Below are positions 54,441 through 62,445 of a stretch of DNA of 64,000 nt, in pieces. Source of the DNA: Candidatus Dormiibacterota bacterium (lineage in GTDB: Bacteria; Chloroflexota; Dormibacteria; Aeolococcales; Aeolococcaceae); NCBI GenBank assembly GCA_963709585.1, contig CAVPXI010000006.1:96001-160000 (forward strand). Reading direction: 5' to 3'. The notes under the pieces were generated by a model. That model had not been told where the DNA came from and did no database searches. It was given only the letters and a program-made list of their open reading frames with translations. Position numbers and translations under genes: made by a program. How positions within the stretch are numbered: position 1 is the stretch's first letter; each line of letters starts with the position of its first letter.

Positions 54441-54986
54441 TCAGCAGTGCGGCTGGCCGTTGACCGCCGGTGAACCAGGGGGAGCGGGGCTGGCGAGCGG
54501 CGGAGGCACCGGAGTTGGCGTGGCGTTCGGAGGCATCGACGGCGCCACCGCGGGCGGGTCGATCAGGGGAGCTCCGAGGGTGGAGTAGCACCCCACCGGC
54601 GGTGTGCAGCCGGTGAGCACGAGCCCCCAGTCCGGTAACTGGGCGAAGCTGGTGCACTGCCAGTCGAGCGCGGTGGTCTGCACGCTGTTGTAGTCGTAGA
54701 CGACGTAGTCGTCGATCCGGCAGTGGTCGTTGGGCGTGATGATGAAGTGCTCGTCGACCGAGTTCGAGAAACCGTTGCCGAGGACGTCCAGCTCCATGCT
54801 CCTGCAGTGCCTGGCGGCCGCCTCGAAGCACGCGACGGCGGGGTCGGCCGAGATCGCCGCGGTATGCGCGGGGTTCGGCATTCCGCATTCGGGGGCGGTC
54901 GGATACCCGCACGAGCTCAGGCTGAGCGCGAGCAGCACCAGTGCCGCCGTCTGGATCATTGCGAGCTTGCGGGCGACTCTCCTCAT
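54441..54986 (-). CDS. Putative Cys-rich lipoprotein
   Basis: Lipobox LSSC, several Cys, Pro-rich tail. Confidence 0.6.
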   Translation of the reverse strand: MRRVARKLAMIQTAALVLLALSLSSCGYPTAPECGMPNPAHTAAISADPAVACFEAAARHCRSMELDVLGNGFSNSVDEHFIITPNDHCRIDDYVVYDYNSVQTTALDWQCTSFAQLPDWGLVLTGCTPPVGCYSTLGAPLIDPPAVAPSMPPNATPTPVPPPLASPAPPGSPAVNGQPHC

Positions 54987-55065
54987 TCGCCGCGAGTTTA
55001 AGGGGCGTGCAGGACCGGCCCGGTGGCCGGATGAGTTCGAGCCGCGGGCGGGAGAGCCGGCATGC

Positions 55066-55350
55066 TCAGCTCGCCTGCGGCTTGTGCCCGTCTCCGGACC
55101 GCCGGCGCCAAGCGGCTCGGAGCCACTGCCGGGTAACCGGGATGAACTCCTCGTCGAGCAGCGCACAGGCGATAAGGACCACGACCGCGCATGCCAAGCC
55201 GATCAAGCCGCTCTGCCAGACCGCGAACGTGGGTCGGCCGCCGGTGCACGACCCGGTGCAGTTGTCGGTGACCTGCGCCGTCGCCAGGCCGAGCAGGATG
55301 CCGACGACGCCACCAACGGCGTAAAGGAGGACCGTCCTGGCCGTGTTCAC
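55066..55350 (-). CDS. Small 2-TM membrane protein
   Basis: Two hydrophobic helices flanking CTGSC. Confidence 0.55.
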   Translation of the reverse strand: MNTARTVLLYAVGGVVGILLGLATAQVTDNCTGSCTGGRPTFAVWQSGLIGLACAVVVLIACALLDEEFIPVTRQWLRAAWRRRSGDGHKPQAS

Positions 55351-55491
55351 GCGATGAATATAGGCGCCGGGTGTTGGGAGAACGGGCGCCGACGCCGCAG
55401 CCGGCGGCACGACGCGGTGGTCCGGCGACGCGGCGACCTACACAAATCCGGGCAATGATATACTTGACGCACCGCGCGAGGGCAGCCCAGA

Positions 55492-55728
55492 ATGGCTGAT
55501 CTTGAAGGTCGCACCATTGACATTCGGGCGTTCGGAGCCATCGGCGACGGTATGGCCGACGACGGCGCGGCCATTGCCGCAGCCTTTGAAGTAGCGTTCG
55601 GAAGTGATCCTCGCGTATCAGGTCCTGCGTCACCTATCCAACCTCCAGGGGGTGACGGATGCGAGCATCCAGACGACTTGCCCCCAATGCGGGGTGGCTC
55701 TGACACTGGCGGAGGCGACGGTCGCTGA
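55492..55728 (+). pseudogene. Fragment with N-terminal motif of pectate_lyase_3/tailspike-type beta-helix proteins
   Basis: DIRAFGAIGDGMADDGAAIAAAF followed by non-homologous tail. Confidence 0.5.
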
Positions 55729-55942
55729 GGAGCGCGAAGTGACCGTCTACCGTTGCCCCAGAGACAAGGCCATCGTGATGCTGGTCACGCCGACCGGGAT
55801 CGACCCGGTTCCGGGATCGGGCTACCGTATTGGTGCCGAGGTTCTCCGCAATCCTGCGGATATCTATCTGAGCGTCGTCGGATCAGCGAACAAGGTGGGT
55901 TTCCCGGCCTCTCCCCACGCCCTCGACGGCTGGAGCCAGTAG
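55652..55942 (+). CDS. Small Cys-motif (CPQC...CPRD) IS passenger protein
   Basis: ORF ends just before transposase promoter; start uncertain. Confidence 0.6.
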   Translation: MTDASIQTTCPQCGVALTLAEATVAEEREVTVYRCPRDKAIVMLVTPTGIDPVPGSGYRIGAEVLRNPADIYLSVVGSANKVGFPASPHALDGWSQ

Positions 55943-55957
55943 CAGAATACTAGGTAC

Positions 55958-55986
55958 TTGACACACTGCTCATTAGGTAGTACACT
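55958..55986 (+). promoter_or_regulatory. Sigma70-type promoter of transposase (leaderless)
   Basis: TTGACA-17 bp-TACACT, 6 nt before ATG 55993. Confidence 0.8.
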
Positions 55987-55992
55987 CACCTT

Positions 55993-56937
55993 ATGAGTTC
56001 GGAGCGGTTCCCCACCACCCTCCTGGCGGCTGTCAGGTACTTCGAGGACGAGGCTGTGTGCCGCGAGTTCCTCGCAGGGCTGCGCTGGCCGGTCGCCGTG
56101 TCGTGCGTCTTCTGCGGCTCGGAGAAGGTCGGGCACATCGCCACGCGGGCGCTGTGGCGCTGCAAGGACTGCCGTAAGCAGTTCAGCGTCAAGAAGGGGA
56201 CGATCTTCGAGGACTCCCCAATCCCCCTCTCCAAGTGGCTGCCTGCGATCTGGCTCTATTCAGCCGGCAAGAAGGGCCGCAGCTCGCACCAGCTCGCCCG
56301 CGATCTCGGCATCACCCAGAAGTCCGCGTGGTTCATGAGCCACCGCATCCGGCTCGCCATGGAGACGGAATCCTTCGACGCGCCGTTGTCGGGTGAGGTC
56401 GAGGTGGACGAGACCATCATGGGTGGCCACGACCAGAACAAGCACTCCTACCTTCGCCGTGGCACCTGGGGCAAGCAGGTCGGGAAGGTGGCTGTCATGG
56501 GCCTCTTGGAGCGCGGCGGCGACGTGCGGGCGAAGATGGTCCCCTCGCGCACTAGCGCCCGTCTTCAAAAGGAGATCCGTAGCAACGTGGCCCTCGGCTC
56601 CATCCTGTACACCGACGCGTTCGCTTCTTACCGTCACGGGCTCGAAGCCGATTACATCCATGAGGTTATCGACCACTCCGAGGAGTACGTCCGTGGGCGT
56701 GTCCATACCAATGGCATCGAGAACTTTTGGAGCTTGTTCAAGCGCGTGATCTACGGCACCCACCATTCCGTCGAGCCTTTCCACCTTGACCGCTACCTCG
56801 ACGAAACGGTCCTTCGGTTCAACACGCGCAAGATGACCGACGCTGGTCGGTTCTCCCTTACCGCTGCTCGCACGACTGGCCGTCGCATCACCTACAAGCA
56901 ACTCACCGGGAAGCTCGAAGAAGGAGCCATCGCGTGA
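55993..56937 (+). CDS. IS1595 family transposase
   Basis: Zn ribbon CVFC..CKDC, HTH (QLARDLGITQKSAW), VEVDET, LYTD, HTNGIENFW, YLDE..RFN. Confidence 0.95.
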   Translation: MSSERFPTTLLAAVRYFEDEAVCREFLAGLRWPVAVSCVFCGSEKVGHIATRALWRCKDCRKQFSVKKGTIFEDSPIPLSKWLPAIWLYSAGKKGRSSHQLARDLGITQKSAWFMSHRIRLAMETESFDAPLSGEVEVDETIMGGHDQNKHSYLRRGTWGKQVGKVAVMGLLERGGDVRAKMVPSRTSARLQKEIRSNVALGSILYTDAFASYRHGLEADYIHEVIDHSEEYVRGRVHTNGIENFWSLFKRVIYGTHHSVEPFHLDRYLDETVLRFNTRKMTDAGRFSLTAARTTGRRITYKQLTGKLEEGAIA

Positions 56938-57101
56938 GCGCCGCCAAATCGAGGCCGCCTCCATCGCCGCCCGACGAAGGGCAGTTCAGGAGTTTCGTGA
57001 CACGGCTCCTCCGCGTGACCAAGAGCGAAATCGACGCGAAGGAAGCGACACGCAAACGTAGACCGCCGCGCAAGGGCGGTGATAAGGTCAAGCCCGACTA
57101 G
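56934..57101 (+). CDS. 55-aa basic protein coupled to transposase
   Basis: GTGA overlap; FRSFVTRLLRVTKSEIDAKE followed by basic tail. Confidence 0.65.
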   Translation: MSAAKSRPPPSPPDEGQFRSFVTRLLRVTKSEIDAKEATRKRRPPRKGGDKVKPD

Positions 57102-57116
57102 GCTTCGGCCTCGTTT

Positions 57117-57163
57117 GGAGGGACCCGGGGGGCTAGGCGCAAACCAAACCCCCGGGGCCTTCC
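57117..57163. terminator. GC-rich hairpin between convergent IS genes
   Basis: GGAGGGACCCGGGGG...CCCCCGGGGCCTTCC, ~15-bp stem; no U-tract. Confidence 0.4.
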
Positions 57164-57272
57164 TCGTATCTGGACAGATTCGCCGCATCGACCGCCCCGC
57201 GCTCCAGCGGTCTGCGAGCCAGCTAACTCATACGCGGTTCGGTTCTTCCACAGGCATCACATCGCTCCTTTG

Positions 57273-57704
57273 CTAACTCAGGTCTGCGGGCTTGGATAGC
57301 ATCTTGTTCGAGAGCTTCCAGATGCTCGGCGCCCACTGACCGTCGCCCTGGCGTTCTGCTACTAGAACGCTCTGCTTCTGAAGGTCATGGAGCGCTTGAC
57401 GCAAGGTCTCCTTTGACGCCTTGCCCTCCCTGTTGCCCCCGAGCCATCCTCTCTTGAACATCTCATTGGCAAGGTCGCTGAGCAGCCATCCACGATTGCC
57501 GCTCTCGCGAAGAACAGTAACCGCGCCCTCGCGGATGGACGGACGCGCCCCGTTGGTTGTTGGGTTCGCGTACGGGGCAGGCGGTCCCGCGTAGTCCTCC
57601 AAGCCGATTATCAGGTTCTGGATCTTCGCCGCCCGCTCATGCAGCGTGTTCAGCTCAGCTCTCAACTCAGCGAGCGCGATGGTCATATGCTCCGAGGTGG
57701 CCAT
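57273..57704 (-). CDS. Coiled-coil plus winged-helix DNA-binding protein (IS passenger)
   Basis: GGAG RBS; N-terminal heptads; SIREGAVTVLRES..LSDLANEMFKRGW..TLRQAL..IWKL wHTH pattern. Confidence 0.65.
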   Translation of the reverse strand: MATSEHMTIALAELRAELNTLHERAAKIQNLIIGLEDYAGPPAPYANPTTNGARPSIREGAVTVLRESGNRGWLLSDLANEMFKRGWLGGNREGKASKETLRQALHDLQKQSVLVAERQGDGQWAPSIWKLSNKMLSKPADLS

Positions 57705-57734
57705 TTCCTAACTCCTTGGCTAGAATGGACGAGC

Positions 57735-57803
57735 GCCCCCGTCCGGAGTTCGAACCGGAAACCCCGACCTTCGAAAGCTGGGTCCAGATCCTCTGGCGGG
57801 GGC
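57735..57803 (-). ncRNA. Non-canonical tRNA-like RNA (TCG in anticodon position)
   Basis: Acceptor GCCCCCG/CGGGGGC, D hairpin CCAG-AGGAT-CTGG, imperfect anticodon arm around TTTCGAA, T arm TCCGG-TTCGA(A)CT-CCGGA. Confidence 0.7.
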
Positions 57804-57862
57804 GCTACACATTCTGAACTCCTCCCTGTGTTCAGCGCAAGGGGGGCTGTAGGGGATACAGG

Positions 57863-57874
57863 GAACAGGCGTTC
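57863..57874. promoter_or_regulatory. LexA-type SOS box inside IS
   Basis: Perfect GAAC-AGGC-GTTC; near-identical to box at 19619-19630. Confidence 0.6.
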
Positions 57875-58121
57875 TATCACTACCCCCCATATAGCGCGAT
57901 ATGGCCCGAGTCACCCTCCCCCATAAGGGCTTTGGAACCCTACGGTGAATATGGGACTCGACGCGTGCGGTGCCCTCACACGGGTGCGTCAGGCTGAACG
58001 CTGGGGGCCGGGCAACGCCCCGGCGGACGTTCGGGGAATGTACGGCCCGATCGCCAAGAGGGTTTGAGTGGCTCGCCCGGCCCTCCCGATCAGCATAGAC
58101 AGTCGAGGCTTGCCGTGCGGG

Positions 58122-58307
58122 CTAGACCGACCCATATCGTCGGCACTCAGAGCATCGTCGTCGCCCACCCTGGCCTAGCGTCTCCCGGTGATCCTCAAGG
58201 ATCTTCTGCGCTCGCTGGCACTCGCTCCGGTCGTGGTAGACCGCGGTGGCGTCCTTCCCGTAGCGAGGGTTGTCGATGCCCGTGTGAAACGCTGGGAGGA
58301 TCGCCAT
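58122..58307 (-). CDS. 61-aa His/Cys small protein (YHD...C...CxxC)
   Basis: PAFHT..VYHDRSEC..GQGGRRRCSEC; 3 nt downstream of the 58311 ORF. Confidence 0.7.
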   Translation of the reverse strand: MAILPAFHTGIDNPRYGKDATAVYHDRSECQRAQKILEDHRETLGQGGRRRCSECRRYGSV

Positions 58308-58310
58308 GAC

Positions 58311-58451
58311 CTATATCGAAGCTTTCGGCTTAAAGATCCGCGCGCCGCACCCGACGCACTTGTGAGCAGGGCGTTCCTCGGGCGGGATCAACTCGGCTTG
58401 GTCAAAGTTCAGCGGGATGATCCGCTTGCTTCCGCACCCCGCACAGGTCAT
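58311..58451 (-). CDS. 46-aa zinc-ribbon microprotein (may start at GTG 58481)
   Basis: Manual translation MTCAGCGSKRIIPLNFDQAELIPPEERPAHKCVGCGARIFKPKASI; homologous to 8338-8517. Confidence 0.7.
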   Translation of the reverse strand: MTCAGCGSKRIIPLNFDQAELIPPEERPAHKCVGCGARIFKPKASI

Positions 58452-58648
58452 CGCTAGGCGCTTAGGGCTACGAACCGCCACAGTGTGAGGACGGTACCGG
58501 GGGAGGGAGTGGCTGTCGGTGCGCTACCGAACCCTAGGAATGGTGTGTCAACTATATCGTTGCCCAAATCCGTATACTCTCGAGAAGCCGGGATCCACCC
58601 GGTGCGGCCGGTGGGGCGACTGTCAGAGCGAACCTTTGGAGGTAGCCC

Positions 58649-59012
58649 ATGCTTGGTGTTCACCGGTTCCGCGCGCTGGTCGGCGTGGCCGCGGCGGTCG
58701 GCGTCGTGGCCTTCGCCGTCCATGCCGGAGCGCAGAACTCCGACGCCCGGCCGCTATGTGAGTTGGGCACCACCGGCCGTCGCCACCGCGACGCCGGGGG
58801 CGGGCCCGGCACTTCCGATGGCGAGCGCCTCGCCCGCCGCGAACGCCGGACCACTTGGAGGTCTGTCCACGCCGCTCTCGGGGCTGTTCAAGCAGTTGAA
58901 CGCGAACACGGCGGCGACGGCCGGCGGCGAATACTCGGTGCTGCAGGACCTCGAACGCGCCCTCGCGGCTCACATTCAGCAGTTCTTGCATTGGGTCACG
59001 GGCGGACGATGA
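58649..59012 (+). CDS. Putative secreted protein; +1 insertion at 58735-58740
   Basis: GGAGG RBS; signal peptide MLGVHRFRALVGVAAAVGVVAFAVHAGA joins QTPTPGRYVSW...LHWVTGGR after deleting one A. Confidence 0.65.
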
Positions 59013-59036
59013 ACGTCGGGCGGTCAGAATCGAGGG

Positions 59037-60900
59037 GTGCCACCTCCTCTCGTGCCAGGCGAAAAGCGCCGGCCAGACATCCGCAACGTCGCGATCATCG
59101 CGCACGTCGACCACGGCAAGACGACGCTTGTCGACGCCCTGCTCAAGCAATCGCGAGTCTTCGCCGCCCACGAACAGGTCGGCGAGTTGATCATGGATTC
59201 GAACGATCTCGAGAGGGAGAAGGGAATCACGATCCTCGCCAAGACCACTTCGGTTCGCTACAACGGGGTCAAGCTCAACATCATCGACACCCCGGGCCAC
59301 GCCGACTTCGGGGGCGAGGTCGAGCGAAGTCCTTGGGATGGCGGACGGGTGCCTGTTGCTGGTCGACGCCGCCGAGGGCCCGATGCCGCAGACGCGGGTC
59401 GTGCTTCGCCAGGCGCTCGCTCTCGGCCTGCAGCCGATCATCGTGGTCAACAAGATCGACCGCACCAACGCCCAGCCGGCCGAGACGGTCGAGGCCACGC
59501 ACGACCTGCTGCTCGAGCTTGCCAAGGAGTCGTGGCAGCTGGACGCGCCGATCCTCTACACCGACGCTCGCGAGGGCACCGCGACCGCCGACCTCACGCA
59601 CGCGGGCGTCACGCTCGAGCCCCTCCTCGACGCCATCCTCGAGCACGTGCCGCCGCCCCTCGCGGACCCCGACGGCCCCCTGCAGATGCTGGTGAGCAAC
59701 CTCGACCACGACAACTGGAGCGGCCGGCTCGCGCTCGGGCGGATTCAGCGAGGCACCGTGCATCCCGGACAGAGCGTCGTCTCCTGCACGGCGTCGGGTG
59801 CGGGGCGGATCGAACGGATCGCGACGGTGCTCACCGTCGAGGCGCTCCAGCGCCTGTCGGTGGAGTTGGCGTCCGCCGGCGAGATCGTCTACCTCTCTGG
59901 ACTCGCGGCGGTTGCCATCGGCGACACCATCGCCGACGCCGAACATCCCGAGGCTTTGCCGCGCCTCGAGATCGGCGAGCCGACGCTGCGGATGCAGTTC
60001 TCGGTCAACCAGTCACCGCTCGCCGGGCGCGAGGCAACCGTGAGCAGCACGTCACGACAGCTGCGCGCGCGCCTGGAACGGGAGTTGCTGACCAACGTCG
60101 CGTTGCGGGTCGAGGACGGGCCGACCGCCGACATCTTCGACGTGAGCGGACGCGGCGAGTTGCATCTCGCGATCCTCATCGAGACGATGCGCCGCGAGGG
60201 GTATGAGTTCGAGGTGTCGCGACCGGCGGTGATCACCAAGGAGGTCGACGGCGAGCGCGTGGAACCCGTCGAGGATTGCGTCATCGACTGCTCGGCGGAC
60301 GTGGTCGGCGCCATCACCGATGCACTCGGCAGTCGCGGGGCAAAGATGACCGCGATGCGAACCGACGCCGGGGGCGGTGTGCGCCTGACCTACCACGCGC
60401 CAACTCGCGCGCTCATCGGTTTGCGCAGCCAGATCCTCACACTGACACGCGGCACCGGCGTGATGGCGACACGGCTGCTCGGCTGGGAGCGCACCTGGGC
60501 GCTGCCCACGACGACGCGCGGCGGCGTGCTCACCGCGAGCCAACCGGGAACGGCTGTCGCCTACGGGCTGGTGACCCTCCAGGAGCGAGGGCAGCCGCTG
60601 ATCGCGCCGGGCACGCCGGTCTACGAGGGCATGATCGTCGGGCTCAACCGCCGGCCTGGGGACATCCACCTCAACGTGACCAAGCAGAAGCAGAAGACCA
60701 ACATCCGGTCGTCCACCGAGGACATGACCATCCGCCTGGTACCACCACGCAAGATGTCGCTCGAGGAGTGCCTCGACTTCATCATCGACGACGAGCTCGT
60801 CGAGGTCACGCCCGTGGGCATCCGCATGCGCAAGCGCGTGCTCAACGCGGACGAGCGCAACAAGCTCCGTAAGCGCTCGATGGCGACCGAGGCCGGTTAG
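59037..60900 (+). CDS. typA: Translational GTPase TypA/BipA; +1 insertion at 59326-59331
   Basis: [54 protein letters not shown]. Confidence 0.95.
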
Positions 60901-60924
60901 CGGAGGCGCCGACCCCTAGGGCGG

Positions 60925-61050
60925 TCAGCGCTCGGCCGGCGACTGCGCGGCGGTCTGAGCGGCGGCCTTCTTCGCCGCCTTGGCGATTGCGGCAGCCTTG
61001 GGCTTCTTGGCGTTGCGCTTCGGGGCTCCGCGGGTCTTCTCACTGGCCAC
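60925..61050 (-). CDS. 41-aa Lys/Ala-rich basic microprotein
   Basis: AAGGAG RBS before GTG 61050; MASEKTRGAPKRNAKKPKAAAIAKAAKKAAA... Confidence 0.5.
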   Translation of the reverse strand: MASEKTRGAPKRNAKKPKAAAIAKAAKKAAAQTAAQSPAER

Positions 61051-61089
61051 GGCCGTCTCCTTGTCAGTGTTGTCAGCTGATCCTGAGAT

Positions 61090-61326
61090 TAGAACAAGTT
61101 CTGCTGCGAGCGACTCGAGGCTCGAGATCGAGGTGGCGGCGATGACGTATGGCGGCGGAACCCCGAAGATCCCGCGCTCGCTGAGCAACTTGATCGGCAC
61201 CGCGACAGCGCCGCTCGGGACCGTGGCAGGAGTGTACGTGGGCATCGGGTAGCAACCGGCAATGAGCGCGCCGAACCCAAATGCTGTCGCGATCCAGGCG
61301 ATGCTGCGCGCCACGGTCTCCATCAC
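61090..61326 (-). pseudogene. Probable truncated lipoprotein N-terminus, in frame with the basic microprotein
   Basis: Lipobox LIAGC; abrupt AT-richer junction at ~61070-61105. Confidence 0.4.
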
Positions 61327-61372
61327 TGCTCGCTACGCGCCCGGCCCCGGTAGGTTCCGGCGCACTCCCGAA

Positions 61373-62380
61373 TCAGGAGAACAGCGAGCTGTACCCGTTG
61401 AGCGCCGGCTGGCCACCGAGATGGGCGTAGAGCACCTTCGACCTGGGGTCGATCTCATTGCGCGAGATCATGTCGATCATGCCCGCCAGTGACTTGCCCT
61501 CGTACACGGGGTCGGTGATCATCCCTTCCAGCCGCGCGCCAAGCCGGATTGCATCGACAGTCCGCTGGTCCGCGAGCCCGTACGTCCCGGCGTGATAGCG
61601 AGCGTCAAGCACGATTTCGTCGCTGCGCAGGTTACGGCCGATCTCTATCAGCTCGGCAGTCTGTCGAGCAATCCGGGTGATCTGGTCGAGAGTTTCCTCG
61701 GGCTTCGCGGACGCGTCGATGCCGATCACCCGTCGCGGTCGCGCCTGGGCCGCGAAACCGGCGATCATTCCCGCCTGCGTGCTTCCCGTGACCGAGCACA
61801 CGATGACGGTGTCGAAGAAGACGCCAAGCTCTCGCTCCTGATCCTCCACTTCCTGCGCCCATCGGGCGAATCCCAGACCCCCAAGTGGATGATCGGACGC
61901 GCCGGCTGGTATCGGGTACGGCTTACCGCCTGCTGCTTCGACCTCGGCAAGCGCCTGCTCCCAGCTCGCTTTGAAACCGATGCCGAACCCCTCCTTCACC
62001 ATTCTGATGTCCGCGCTGAGGATGCGACTCAGCAGGATATTGCCAACCTTGTCATAGACCGAATCGTGCCAGTCGACCCAGCTCTCCTGGACGAGGACGC
62101 AGCGCAAACCGGAATGTGCGGCCACCGCGGCAACCTGACGAGTGTGGTTGGACTGAACACCGCCGATGGAGACCAGCGTGTCGCAGCCCTGGGCGATGGC
62201 ATCGGCGACCAGGTACTCGAGTTTTCTGGTCTTGTTGCCTCCGAACGCCAGTCCGCTGTTGCAATCCTCGCGCTTTGCCCACACCTCGGCGCCGCCCAGC
62301 GACCTGGTGAGTCGTTCCAGCGGATGCACCGGAGACGGACCGAACAGCAACGGCTGGCGAGCGAAGGCAGCGAGCTTCAT
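61373..62380 (-). CDS. acdS: 1-aminocyclopropane-1-carboxylate deaminase
   Basis: [47 protein letters not shown] (diagnostic Glu), HLGG (diagnostic Leu). Confidence 0.92.
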   Translation of the reverse strand: MKLAAFARQPLLFGPSPVHPLERLTRSLGGAEVWAKREDCNSGLAFGGNKTRKLEYLVADAIAQGCDTLVSIGGVQSNHTRQVAAVAAHSGLRCVLVQESWVDWHDSVYDKVGNILLSRILSADIRMVKEGFGIGFKASWEQALAEVEAAGGKPYPIPAGASDHPLGGLGFARWAQEVEDQERELGVFFDTVIVCSVTGSTQAGMIAGFAAQARPRRVIGIDASAKPEETLDQITRIARQTAELIEIGRNLRSDEIVLDARYHAGTYGLADQRTVDAIRLGARLEGMITDPVYEGKSLAGMIDMISRNEIDPRSKVLYAHLGGQPALNGYSSLFS

Positions 62381-62445
62381 GAGCCTCCAGGAGAGCCGAC
62401 GGCTGCGAGTCTATAGTTTGACGACGCAGCGAGAGGGCGGGCCGT

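Larger units (their letters stand above)
55451..58564 (+). mobile_element. IS1595-family transporter IS with passenger genes (3,114 bp)
   Basis: TIRs GGCAATGATATACTTGACGCACC (55451-55473) and revcomp of 58542-58564 match at 20/23; 8-bp TSD CAAATCCG at 55443-55450 and 58565-58572; internal DDE transposase. Confidence 0.93.

Noticed and set aside
57231-57272. AAGGAG RBS plus 10-codon minus-strand ORF after the wHTH gene
   Set aside because: Too short to support; no recognisable product or readthrough signal.
57735-57803. The tRNA-like RNA (possible 8-nt loop containing CGAA) as a +1 frameshift suppressor for the GAG-TTCG sites
   Set aside because: The insertions occur on both strands, in different codon phases and inside the RNA itself, so they are not a decoding signal; a sequencing artefact is far simpler.
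5090-59331. Genome decay or mass pseudogenisation
   Set aside because: The breaks hit conserved genes (sucA, pdxT, typA), are motif-specific and come without in-frame stops or divergence.
61091-61102. LexA box AGAAC-AA-GTTCT
   Set aside because: The spacer is 2 nt rather than the 4 nt of the GAAC-N4-GTTC consensus.
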